Below are positions 48,600-57,974 of a stretch of DNA of 64,000 nt, in pieces. The notes under the pieces were generated by a model. The model saw only the letters and a program-made list of their open reading frames with translations, was not told the origin of the DNA and made no database searches. Source of the stretch: a virus. The position numbers were made by a program, and so were the translations under genes. How positions within the stretch are numbered: the first letter of the stretch is position 1; every line of letters begins with the position of its first letter. The DNA lies in IMG/VR virus record IMGVR_UViG_3300036766_000359, positions 64,001-128,000 of that record. One strand, given 5' to 3'.

Positions 48600-49366
48600 T
48601 TCGTCCCCGAATCATGTGGTGCGTCAATGACCCAAAGGTCACTAGCCAGCGCACTGGCTACCGCAGACTGTTTAATTCGATATCGACCGTGTTCACCCCA
48701 CCCAGGCCCCCACGAGTTTTGACCCCAGAAAAATTCATCTTTGTAATGACCGTACAAAAACATAGCATGGCCACCTATAATAACCTTGGACTCATCAAGA
48801 AGTCCACCTTTGTAATCAAACCATTTGGCATCAATTTCTAAGCCGTACACTATAGGGTGGTTTGCGGCGAGAGCGCGTTTGATGTCTAGAATTCGTGCTG
48901 CGCCGACTGAATTGATGCGATAATAGCCCTTCAAGCTACGTTGGTCATAGGCTGCTCTGAAAGTAGCCCAGTCGGGTCGTTCGTTGACTTTAGCTTCTAC
49001 AAACGGCCACACGGTGGCCGGGGCGACTCCCAAGACTTTAGCAGCCTTAAAGACGTCACGAATATATGTTCCTTCGTCTACGGTTTCGGTGTTAGTGACT
49101 GCCCGACCAATGTCATAAAGCCAAAGTTGAGAAGGGATTCGACGGTCCTTGATGCCTTGAGCTCCCCAAGAGGTGTATATTGCCCCACTGGACGATTGTC
49201 CAGTACATGAGCTAGTCCCCACTTGATTATATGGAGCCGGTAAATGGGCTTCCATATTAGTTTGTTCAGGGATAGTCGTGACTGCCTGAACAGCCCCCAT
49301 CATGGAGAGTGGCTTGTCATTCGGGTCGTGAAGATCTTTCTTCCAACCTGTCCCGGGGTTAGACAT
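48596..49366 (-). CDS. Papain-family (C1A) cysteine protease
   Basis: YNQVGTSSCTG (Gln/Cys), GGHAM (His), QNSWGPGWGEHG (Asn). Confidence 0.9.
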   Translation of the reverse strand: MSNPGTGWKKDLHDPNDKPLSMMGAVQAVTTIPEQTNMEAHLPAPYNQVGTSSCTGQSSSGAIYTSWGAQGIKDRRIPSQLWLYDIGRAVTNTETVDEGTYIRDVFKAAKVLGVAPATVWPFVEAKVNERPDWATFRAAYDQRSLKGYYRINSVGAARILDIKRALAANHPIVYGLEIDAKWFDYKGGLLDESKVIIGGHAMFLYGHYKDEFFWGQNSWGPGWGEHGRYRIKQSAVASALASDLWVIDAPHDSGTK

Positions 49367-49432
49367 TAGACAACCATGGTTTGGTTATATGGTTCATATT
49401 CATGAACTGGTAATAAAAGTTCTGTTCGTAGT

Positions 49433-49957
49433 ATGAAAGAGAAACCAAAAATTGATTTTCATTTTGGGGAAGTGATTGAAATCCCGATACCAGGACCTGC
49501 AGATTCAGATCCTCCGGTATGGCCTAAAAGCCGTGGAGAGAAACTTAAGCCGTGGATAAATGCCATATCCATAATTGCAGCACTTGCAACTTCCATAACA
49601 GCAGCACTTAAACCAAATGACCCTATAAACAAAGCTTCATACGAGGAACTCAAGAAAGCAGTTGAGCAACTCAATAAAAATGATACTAGAAACCATGAAG
49701 ACATCATGGCCATACATAGTTATTTAGAATCGTATGCATGGAACGCTGCAGCCGCGTCTGCCGCAGCCGCACAGCCACCGCCAGTTCCACCGCGTGGACG
49801 CTTGAGAAATAAAATAGTTAAAAAGAAGTCATCCAAGTCTGAGAAGTTAGAAACTCCGCAAACTCCGGTTCTTCCTGAAATTCATGGAAAACCTCCGGTA
49901 CAAAATCTACCGGAGTTTGATGAACTAATTGAAGACCCGGATGAACTACTTAAATGA
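49433..49957 (+). CDS. Membrane-anchored coiled-coil protein with Pro-rich tail
   Basis: WINAISIIAALATSITAAL hydrophobic helix followed by a coiled coil. Confidence 0.6.
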   Translation: MKEKPKIDFHFGEVIEIPIPGPADSDPPVWPKSRGEKLKPWINAISIIAALATSITAALKPNDPINKASYEELKKAVEQLNKNDTRNHEDIMAIHSYLESYAWNAAAASAAAAQPPPVPPRGRLRNKIVKKKSSKSEKLETPQTPVLPEIHGKPPVQNLPEFDELIEDPDELLK

Positions 49958-52540
49958 CTCATCTGGGATGGTGACAGATATGAAATTAGACGACGGGTCA
50001 TAAATCATATCAGAAGATTGATCACCCAAGTAATTTACTTGAACTACATACTGTCCAGTTTCTCTGGATAATTCATCAGATTGAAAATAACCGGCTTGAT
50101 CAACATCGTATGGACCGAAAGTCGTTCCGTCCAGTGACATGACTACTTTCCCAAGTGGGGCTGGACGATTTAGATAATCTACGACATGACCATCAATACG
50201 AAATTGTTCAGCGGATATCGGGACAGAGTCTAATAACACTGAAGTCATACTGTGAAATAGTGAAACTTCCAAAGTATATGGATCAGACGTACTTTGTTCA
50301 AAACACGAGTCACCTTCATATGTTGCGATGAACTGATATGTTTGAATGTTAAGCGATTCGATGGTTAAAATCGCATGACTCGATAGCGCATCATTCACGA
50401 GATTTGATTTACCTAACGGAGTCCAGTTCGGGCCGGGTAAACATATGAAAAAATCAACCAAACCGGTTGGAGACCCGGTGAGAGAGTTAGATGATACTGT
50501 CACAACAAGTTGAACTGGTGACTTGTTATCTACTGGGTTAATGGATGATAAAACCGCAGTGGTGACAGCTCTACGAACAACATACTGAATTTCCGAAGAT
50601 ATTATTTCTTCAGTATCAGGTTCTGAATAACTACAGTATAACGTTTGGTTTCCTGGTGGTAAACCATAAGTTCGAAGTGTCGCGATTCCACTAGAAGAAA
50701 ACACTGATGAACTACCAAGTAACGTTGGCTCTGATGAATTATAAGTATCAACTTGATTAGGACCAATATCAGGCCGTGTTAATCTTGGAGCAGATGATCT
50801 TTGAATACACGGTTCATCTCTTCCTTGAACCGTATTAGAAACGCGCATGTCAACGGCTTTGTTTGATTCTTTACCGGAAAATCTAATTAGACCACGAGTG
50901 TCTGTCCCATCATCCATACACGCGTCTGACTTGACAACTGCCCAAACTGATGTCCCGTCCCAGACTAAACCTGACAAGTCTTCAGCATAGACAGTTGGAA
51001 TTTGGACTATTTCACTTGAAAAATCTGTCCGGTATACGGAGCCATACATTGATCCAGGGTTGGCTGATCCGCATGTCCATAACGTACGTCCATCCCAAAC
51101 AGCACCAAGATATCCTTGTCGTGAAGAACTACCGGGTATTATTTGATATTTGATGCTAGATGGGTTTCCCAAAGACTCAATTCGAGCTATAAAATTATGC
51201 AAATCTAACGAGTCATCTTCATATATGCCGGTAAAAGCTATGGACTTAGAAATTCCATACGAACCGGGGATAACTGCGATGGAAAAAGCAGAGACGGGAG
51301 AAAAGTTTGGTTCTTTAGTGAGTAGTATTTTTTCTATCGTGAAATATTCAGGATCGATTTTCAGGATAAGTGCGGGAGCAGATGAAGAATCATTAGTTCT
51401 AACACTTTTACATGTAGCCCATAAAAATCGACCGTCGCATGAAATGTCATATAAATCAGGCATCCATGATGAATATTGATCGTTTTTTATTACGATCGAC
51501 ATTATCGACTTTGCAAGAACAGATTTTGGAAACCCGGAGATCATGTCCGATAGAACGAAGCTATAGATATGATCTGGTTCAGATGAATCAGACGCCGGGA
51601 CGATACAAAACGCCATTCCAGCACCGTCAAATGTTATGCGTCGAGCTTGATTGGGAAGACTCGATCTACCAACGACTCGACGAGTCTCCGGATCAATCAA
51701 AATTAAAGATTTTCCAACCCAACAAACAAGTCGAGTAAAAGGGTCGTACGCGATATGAAGTGCCCCGGTCTCACCGAATGGACTCAGATCAATAGACTGG
51801 AACTGTGTGGAAGTACCGAGAAAAGAAAAACTCGATAACTTAGGAGTCTTAGAATCCGATACCCACATCGAATTCCCATCCCATGCAGCAGAAGTCGGTT
51901 CAATGAAGCGTAAATTTTCTGGTGACTGAACAGGGTCTGGTTTAGATAGACGACTATAAAACGAGACAGGACCTACTGGTGGATTGATACTACCCTGAAG
52001 GGAAACTAATTGTCCGTAACTAGCTGAATCTGGAGAGATAGAAAGACGTAAATAACCAGGTTCAGCGGCCCGAGCAGCAAATAGTTGTTCTGGCGGTTCA
52101 ACAGCTTCCAGGATTTCTTGAAAGAAACGAACAGCCGGTGGAAGAATCGCCGGGGGGCTAGACCAAATTGAAGAAAACTGACCACTATACTGAAGTCCTA
52201 CCCCTCCAAATTTCCATGGAAGAACACCAAGAGAATTAAACTGCTTGGCTTTGTCGAAGGCTCCTCGTTCAGATTCAGACTCAATTGATTGCGAAGCACC
52301 TATGCTAATATGCGATGTAAGGCTAACTTGAAATTGATACGGGCTGGATTTAACCGCCCAAATGTTGGATAGTGGGCCAGTATAGGCACCGATATGCTGG
52401 CCCGCATATTCCCATCGAACTTGCGAACGTGAATGACTAGATCTGGCTTGTTTTTCGGCGTCTTCACGAGAGACAGCGGAAACAGACAAAGAGCCAGAAA
52501 CGTCAACCTCGGACAATAGAGATACGTTGAAAAGAGTCAT
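49946..52540 (-). CDS. Large beta-propeller + bacterial Ig-like (Big_3) protein; adhesin or virion appendage candidate
   Basis: Repeated WDG.S.W blades; C-terminal Ig units (PTGLVDF, FIATYEGD, VNYLGD); duplicated 60-aa N-terminal unit. Confidence 0.65.
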   Translation of the reverse strand: MTLFNVSLLSEVDVSGSLSVSAVSREDAEKQARSSHSRSQVRWEYAGQHIGAYTGPLSNIWAVKSSPYQFQVSLTSHISIGASQSIESESERGAFDKAKQFNSLGVLPWKFGGVGLQYSGQFSSIWSSPPAILPPAVRFFQEILEAVEPPEQLFAARAAEPGYLRLSISPDSASYGQLVSLQGSINPPVGPVSFYSRLSKPDPVQSPENLRFIEPTSAAWDGNSMWVSDSKTPKLSSFSFLGTSTQFQSIDLSPFGETGALHIAYDPFTRLVCWVGKSLILIDPETRRVVGRSSLPNQARRITFDGAGMAFCIVPASDSSEPDHIYSFVLSDMISGFPKSVLAKSIMSIVIKNDQYSSWMPDLYDISCDGRFLWATCKSVRTNDSSSAPALILKIDPEYFTIEKILLTKEPNFSPVSAFSIAVIPGSYGISKSIAFTGIYEDDSLDLHNFIARIESLGNPSSIKYQIIPGSSSRQGYLGAVWDGRTLWTCGSANPGSMYGSVYRTDFSSEIVQIPTVYAEDLSGLVWDGTSVWAVVKSDACMDDGTDTRGLIRFSGKESNKAVDMRVSNTVQGRDEPCIQRSSAPRLTRPDIGPNQVDTYNSSEPTLLGSSSVFSSSGIATLRTYGLPPGNQTLYCSYSEPDTEEIISSEIQYVVRRAVTTAVLSSINPVDNKSPVQLVVTVSSNSLTGSPTGLVDFFICLPGPNWTPLGKSNLVNDALSSHAILTIESLNIQTYQFIATYEGDSCFEQSTSDPYTLEVSLFHSMTSVLLDSVPISAEQFRIDGHVVDYLNRPAPLGKVVMSLDGTTFGPYDVDQAGYFQSDELSRETGQYVVQVNYLGDQSSDMIYDPSSNFISVTIPDESFK

Positions 52541-52730
52541 CTAGCCCACCTGATCACAAGGGACTTATTGACCTTACCTTTTCAGTTAGTCATTTATTTA
52601 GGTGGTCTTCGACTTTTTTGAAGACCCAAACAAATAGTTGGATAGATCTCTCAAGCGCCAGGTCAAGAATTTTCTTCCGCATACTGACATGATTTAACAA
52701 AATTATATTATATCAGTATGCGGACGACCA

Positions 52731-53906
52731 CTACCATTTTCCGTCACGTACTACAGGTGCGGTTAAATGAGGGTATGTGATCACCGTTTTCTCAATTGTA
52801 GGTGAATCGTTTTGTTGACCAACGAAACCGTGAATCGCATCTTTCTGACCTACGGTTTTCACGCCTTGAAAGTCAACAGGAGCTTTCAAAGTATTAGCGG
52901 AAAAATCGTTTAGTTTGAACCAGTTACCGGCATATTCTTGAGCTGATATAGGCATTGGAGGGCATTTCTCACCCGTAATTAGTTCATACATCTCGGCGTT
53001 GACTATGTGGACAAACAATCGACCTGACGCCTCTTGGTCCCAGGTACCGATGCCATATGGGTCAGGATAAATTTTCTGTGCCATTTGTCCACCGGCAGCT
53101 AGTCCCATTGAAGACGATGCATTCAAAAATGCACTATTTACTCCTGTGTGCGATGACAAACCTCGCATCGCTGTGCAACCAATCTTTGTGCCACCATAAT
53201 TGACTCCACTCGTATACGTATAACCAAACGAACCAGAAGAACCAGTTACACCATCAGCACCATCAGAAACTATTACACCATCAGAAACTTGGTTAAATGA
53301 ACCACCCAAAGTTTTGGATTCTGAGCCTCTTGACATGAGCGGCATAACACCTGATTTTGCCGGGATGACCAATAACTGTAATCCGCCGTATTCCTCTTTA
53401 CCGGTAACTTGGCCTTCCACCGTATAACCCATACCCATGGGCATGGCCACGAATTGTTTAATAACACCATTACCGGAGTTGAAACCATCGAGCCAGTTTT
53501 GCGGGTGAGGTGCCACCATATAGTCTTCGACGCCCGCAACAAGCTCGGGAGTCCATGGTTTACCATTAACCGCGTTAACCTTGCCAGTCGCTGTTTTAAC
53601 CGCCGAAACAGCCCCGGAAAAGCCAAGCCACATAGCTTCGCGTTGATGTAGCGGAATGAACACGCCACCTTGCTCACGCCACGAAGCTGGAACTTTATCC
53701 CGATAATCATCCACCAGCTTCACTGGAAGATGCCCAAGACCAGGCGGTAGCTGATGGGTTCGACCATCTTCGGGGAGTCTGATCGTGCGGTTAAATACCA
53801 CACTGAAGGTTGAACCGAGATGTTCAAAAATGACCGAATTATTGCTTTGTGTGATTTTCATTGAATTACCACTTTCCATCACGAACTGGTTTGGGTGCAA
53901 ACTCAA
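52731..53906 (-). CDS. Conserved uncharacterised protein; probable start MKITQ at 53861
   Basis: FNRTIRLPEDG...LPPGLG, GGVFIPLHQREAMW, WLDGF...QFVAMPMGMGYTVEGQVTG.E..GGLQ recall a family I associate with actinobacteria, myxobacteria and fungi. Confidence 0.6.
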   Translation of the reverse strand: MSLHPNQFVMESGNSMKITQSNNSVIFEHLGSTFSVVFNRTIRLPEDGRTHQLPPGLGHLPVKLVDDYRDKVPASWREQGGVFIPLHQREAMWLGFSGAVSAVKTATGKVNAVNGKPWTPELVAGVEDYMVAPHPQNWLDGFNSGNGVIKQFVAMPMGMGYTVEGQVTGKEEYGGLQLLVIPAKSGVMPLMSRGSESKTLGGSFNQVSDGVIVSDGADGVTGSSGSFGYTYTSGVNYGGTKIGCTAMRGLSSHTGVNSAFLNASSSMGLAAGGQMAQKIYPDPYGIGTWDQEASGRLFVHIVNAEMYELITGEKCPPMPISAQEYAGNWFKLNDFSANTLKAPVDFQGVKTVGQKDAIHGFVGQQNDSPTIEKTVITYPHLTAPVVRDGKW

Positions 53907-54105
53907 TCACCCGTGTCAATTGTTGCGGAAGCTGAGACCTCCCGGCCGCCGCATTGAGCACAGTGATGATCCAACGATGTCGAGACATACTAGCCTCGGC
54001 AGCCGCTTTATCAAAAGCGGCGATCTCCTCTTCGGAAACCTTCAAGGAGAATACTTTGGATCCTGTCATGCGGGAAAAGGTAACACCGGAGTAACACCTT
54101 GTCAA
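53866..54105 (-). CDS. Ribbon-helix-helix-like DNA-binding protein
   Basis: FSLKVSEEEIAAFDKAAAEASMSRHRWI. Confidence 0.6.
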   Translation of the reverse strand: MTRCYSGVTFSRMTGSKVFSLKVSEEEIAAFDKAAAEASMSRHRWIITVLNAAAGRSQLPQQLTRVIEFAPKPVRDGKW

Positions 54106-54116
54106 GTAGTCATGGT

Positions 54117-54476
54117 TTATTCGAGTTTGGTCTGAATATACTGAATGACAAGTTCAGACATTGTAATTCGTCGCCCTTCGAGGTCGGATTGGCGCTTGAC
54201 TTCAAGCTTAAGTCGGTCGACAAGTTCTCGAGGAACGTTATGCACGCCGATCGTTTGGAGGCTAGACAGGACTTCCGGAGAAGATTCAGATGGGGAGTCT
54301 GGAAAGTCTGGAAACTTGGTTTGTCTAACATCCTTCTTGGGTTTTTGCACTTTCTCTACTTTTTCTATCTTCACAGGTCCTCGTTTGGCAATTAATAGTT
54401 GTTCTTTTTTCTCAATTTGATATAGCAATCCCATACGACCTACACTCCTTCGATTGTTCAAGAAATTACATTGCAA
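54117..54476 (-). CDS. Small protein with C-terminal RHH-like segment; probable start MGLLY at 54434
   Basis: HNVPRELVDRLKLEV...ITMSELVIQYI. Confidence 0.55.
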   Translation of the reverse strand: MQCNFLNNRRSVGRMGLLYQIEKKEQLLIAKRGPVKIEKVEKVQKPKKDVRQTKFPDFPDSPSESSPEVLSSLQTIGVHNVPRELVDRLKLEVKRQSDLEGRRITMSELVIQYIQTKLE

Positions 54477-54519
54477 GTATTGTTGGTTGTCAATTGTTTC
54501 GGTAGAGTGGTGAACTAAA

Positions 54520-54879
54520 TTGACCGACGATACGACTAATCAAGCACCGTTGATGATTCAGTGTGAACGCGGACTTGGACGTCTCACCGTCTTTGCCTGC
54601 GGAAGACGTTGGAGTATCGCCAATAATGAAGTCAAAGTTGCGCAGTCAGAACGCAACCATACGAATGCAATTCGAAATTCACCGTGTCGTGATTGTGAGT
54701 TCGGTGAGCCTAGATCCGTAGAAAGTTTAAAACGTGAGTCTCCGGTATTCAGTCGGGAAACTCTGCAGAATTTTACATGCAATCATTGTGGCTTAGTGTT
54801 TACACGAGTATGGCTGGGTAGAGGTCAAAAACCATCTGTATGTAATCCGTGTAAACCAAGTAGTCGACGATCGTTATAA
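54520..54879 (+). CDS. Zn-finger protein
   Basis: CRDC, CNHC and CNPC pairs. Confidence 0.55.
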   Translation: MTDDTTNQAPLMIQCERGLGRLTVFACGRRWSIANNEVKVAQSERNHTNAIRNSPCRDCEFGEPRSVESLKRESPVFSRETLQNFTCNHCGLVFTRVWLGRGQKPSVCNPCKPSSRRSL

Positions 54880-55066
54880 CTAAATGTCTATAGTTTGGTT
54901 CAAATCAGTCATATATTCGATTTTTTTCTCGGTTGTGTTAGCACACAACAACCGAAAGAGTAACCAACATACATAAAGAAATCGCCAAAAAGTCAATCGA
55001 AGATTTTACTGAAAAGCTTCGAAACGCACCGTCTGACTCATCTATAGTAATGGCAATCAGCATCTT

Positions 55067-55441
55067 ATGGGTGCTGGAGGGTCAACATGGGCGGGGGCGG
55101 GAGAACTGACGCTAGGTGGTTTCATCTGGTGGACGGCAGACTGCGCTCTTGTCATCACGGGTGTGGTCGGAATTGGCGCAGTAGATTTCTCGGCAAGTGG
55201 AACCGGATTCATGATCGGAGCGATTGAGAGTGAAGTCGTTGGTGCATTCGTTGTTGACCCGTCGACCATTGGCGGCAAGTGTCATTTCACGATTGTAGTT
55301 GCAGCGGTTGAGGACGGGATCGCAACACTAACGTTGTATGGCTCCAATGGAACGTTATACGGAACCTTCGTTGGACCAGCCGAGGGTCTTGCGGCTGGCG
55401 AGACGAGCGGTTCAGGTGAACTAGTAGTCAAGCACACCTGA
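55067..55441 (+). CDS. Gly-rich all-beta hypothetical protein
   Basis: 124-aa ORF. Confidence 0.55.
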   Translation: MGAGGSTWAGAGELTLGGFIWWTADCALVITGVVGIGAVDFSASGTGFMIGAIESEVVGAFVVDPSTIGGKCHFTIVVAAVEDGIATLTLYGSNGTLYGTFVGPAEGLAAGETSGSGELVVKHT

Positions 55442-55447
55442 TAGTCT

Positions 55448-55873
55448 TCATGAACCGTATTCACCCATAAGTCTTGCTAATTCCTTTGGAGACCAAAGGT
55501 CACGACCGCTGTAATCTTCCGGTTGATTGAGGCGGATTCTAAGTTCATCACCGACAATACCGATGACATCTTTCGATCCGGGTTCTTCATAACGTGGAGC
55601 CCACTCCTGAGTAAGCGTAACACGAACTCCATCCGGAATTTTCTTAAAGGAAAAGTCCGATCCATAACCACCATGATCTGGTTCCAAGCCGATCAACATA
55701 GCTTTTACTTCCGATAAACTTGGCTTCCGCTCAGCCCCCTGCTGAATAGGGGACGAAATAGTGTATAAAACCTTCTTAAGGTCTCGCGATATTAGATTCC
55801 GATCTGGATTCTTCGAGTTGTCAATCGCAGCAGCGATACGACGAAGTTGACTTGCAAGTTGTGATGGTTTCAT
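55448..55873 (-). CDS. MKPSQ-module protein 1
   Basis: N-terminus MKPSQLASQLRRIAAAIDNSKNPDR, shared with 56004-56408. Confidence 0.7.
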   Translation of the reverse strand: MKPSQLASQLRRIAAAIDNSKNPDRNLISRDLKKVLYTISSPIQQGAERKPSLSEVKAMLIGLEPDHGGYGSDFSFKKIPDGVRVTLTQEWAPRYEEPGSKDVIGIVGDELRIRLNQPEDYSGRDLWSPKELARLMGEYGS

Positions 55874-56003
55874 GCTATTCCTGATTGTATGGCCTACGAA
55901 CGTCTACAACAACAAAGGCTTAAAAACATACATCTCCTGGCTTTGAAGAAGAAAACAAGAAAGGCAGAAGATATCTCTTAGCTATTTCGGTACTTGCCCA
56001 ATT

Positions 56004-56408
56004 TCAATCTATGAACGGGTTCGGACCAGTTTTGATATCTTCTAAAGCTTTGTAAAATTCGTTATACTCAGTGAAGTTTTTGAGGGCGTAGTCAAGACTG
56101 TAACCGATATCGGTTACTCCAACCGAGTCCGCGAGTTCTTCCATTTTGGCGATAACTTCATGATATCCATCTGACGTCGTGTCGCACCAGTCATCTATTC
56201 CGAGTGCCTTAAAGGCATGCCATAAGAGTTGTGATGACCCAGCAGCTTTCTCGGTTATAGGACCGAGACGTTCGTGCATCGAACCCGCAGCAACGTGAAC
56301 CAAAACACCACGAATAGAACTAGAGACTCTGGATCGCGATGGGTGGTTAGACTTTTCGATGCGGTCTGCTACGCGGCGGAGTTCTCGAGCTATTTGTGAT
56401 GGTTTCAT
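56004..56408 (-). CDS. MKPSQ-module protein 2
   Basis: N-terminus MKPSQIARELRRVADRIEKSNHPSR. Confidence 0.7.
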   Translation of the reverse strand: MKPSQIARELRRVADRIEKSNHPSRSRVSSSIRGVLVHVAAGSMHERLGPITEKAAGSSQLLWHAFKALGIDDWCDTTSDGYHEVIAKMEELADSVGVTDIGYSLDYALKNFTEYNEFYKALEDIKTGPNPFID

Positions 56409-56415
56409 AGTTCAT

Positions 56416-57045
56416 CTATAGTATCAAAAGTTTATTTTTCAGAACACTTTTGGCTAGGTCTAGATCTACCGAGAAAACACTACACATTGCTAATACCTGT
56501 TCCTGACGAAATCGAATCCCCATGTATCCATTATACTTCAGCATTCGTCGTAGGGTCGCGTTTGCGTTAATGATAGCATCAGGACAAATATCTGACACTC
56601 CTGATTCAATTGCTTCCAGGCATGATTCATCAATGTCAAATTCGTCCCATTTGAAGCTGCACTTAACTACTGATAAATCAAACGCCTGATACGGCTTTCC
56701 TGGACTGTAACATACATCTACACCAAATTTTTGCCGCGTCATTATCACAGCCTTGTAATAAGCTATTTGATCACTGAAAAAAATATCTAAGTCTGACGCC
56801 TTATGAGTTTTAAAAATATGACTTAGAGCCGCGCCTCCAGCAATCCATCCACCTGAGTCAAACATTTGATGTAAGTCGCGTACGCTGAATTTTTCACATT
56901 TAGAACTTTTTAACGAATTTCCGTCAGCGAGAAACAAATCTAAATCTTCAGATGAAACCCCGTAGGATAAAAGCTCTTCATGAAACTCCGACCCTCGTTT
57001 CAGGTTCATCAAACGACTTATAACATGACGTATCTCGGTGTGCAC
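56416..57045 (-). CDS. Pol-beta superfamily nucleotidyltransferase-like protein
   Basis: WIAGGAALS...SDLDIFF (GG + DxD); FDLSV; TLRRMLKY. Confidence 0.7.
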   Translation of the reverse strand: MHTEIRHVISRLMNLKRGSEFHEELLSYGVSSEDLDLFLADGNSLKSSKCEKFSVRDLHQMFDSGGWIAGGAALSHIFKTHKASDLDIFFSDQIAYYKAVIMTRQKFGVDVCYSPGKPYQAFDLSVVKCSFKWDEFDIDESCLEAIESGVSDICPDAIINANATLRRMLKYNGYMGIRFRQEQVLAMCSVFSVDLDLAKSVLKNKLLIL

Positions 57046-57153
57046 AACCTACTCTACTTTGTAAAATAGGTTGTGGCTCAACACGTTTCGTATTTTAGCC
57101 TTGACTCGATGGGGAACGATTAATGGATTTGATATCTATTGCACGTAGAATTG

Positions 57154-57528
57154 CTATGTTGGAGTCCACCAAAGAGGACAAGCATACTTCTTGAACAACT
57201 CATCACCACGGTGTAATTCTTTGATAGATACAATATTGATTATTCGGTTGTCAACATCAAATTGAAATTCAACATTTGGATCATCGCTATGGTTGTAAAG
57301 ATTTGCATTTCCTGATGCCATAGCATCGGATTCATCCGTCCATGCGAGACGATGATCTGACAAGATGTCCGGTTGATCGTTTGTAAGTGGAAAGACTACG
57401 CATTCTTCAATGATTTGACCGGGCGTTATTCGAGTCACGTTTAGAAATACACCCCAACCAGAAATTGTACTTTTACTTACACGTGTATACGTTATTAGTG
57501 AACGATTGTCATACATGCTCACCTCCAA
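57154..57528 (-). CDS. SET-domain protein (putative lysine methyltransferase)
   Basis: SGWGVF, GQIIEEC, LYNHSDDPN, GDELFKKY. Confidence 0.88.
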   Translation of the reverse strand: MEVSMYDNRSLITYTRVSKSTISGWGVFLNVTRITPGQIIEECVVFPLTNDQPDILSDHRLAWTDESDAMASGNANLYNHSDDPNVEFQFDVDNRIINIVSIKELHRGDELFKKYACPLWWTPT

Positions 57529-57614
57529 CTTTATGTGAGTTCTTTAATTGAATCTTTACCCATATGATCTGCGAGTTGATCAAGGGTCAAATCACACAAT
57601 TCATCAGACCGCGT

Positions 57615-57974
57615 TTATTCTATGGGTTGATACTTCAGAATTTTCGTGAACTGGTCAGCTGTTGGATCGTAAATGACTCCAGTCTGCGGATCTCGGCACC
57701 ACCAATGAGAAGCCTCCAACGGAGGCAGAGCCAACAGTTCCGGAGTAGGTGGGACATATTTGAGGAATGTGACACCTTTGTAGGCAGGTATGAGTACTGA
57801 ACCCTGCACTACTTCAAGGTGTAAGAATTCTTTGGCAAGAGCTCGAGCGGCATGTGCGCAACGACCACCAGCACGTGGATGACGTTTACGCCATGTAGCT
57901 ATCCAATCTTCTGGACTCATGCTCAAACTGTCATTCTCCGTGGTACTGCCAGAGGACAGCGTTGCATCGTGCAT
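57615..57974 (-). CDS. Hypothetical protein
   Basis: GRCAHAAR and HWWCRDP..GVIYDPTADQF; possible catalytic Cys/His/Asp set, unconfirmed. Confidence 0.55.
   Translation of the reverse strand: MHDATLSSGSTTENDSLSMSPEDWIATWRKRHPRAGGRCAHAARALAKEFLHLEVVQGSVLIPAYKGVTFLKYVPPTPELLALPPLEASHWWCRDPQTGVIYDPTADQFTKILKYQPIE

Noticed and set aside
52604-52626. Hairpin ggtcttc/gaagacc as a rho-independent terminator
   Set aside because: The 7-bp stem is weak and the T-run lies in the loop rather than after the stem.
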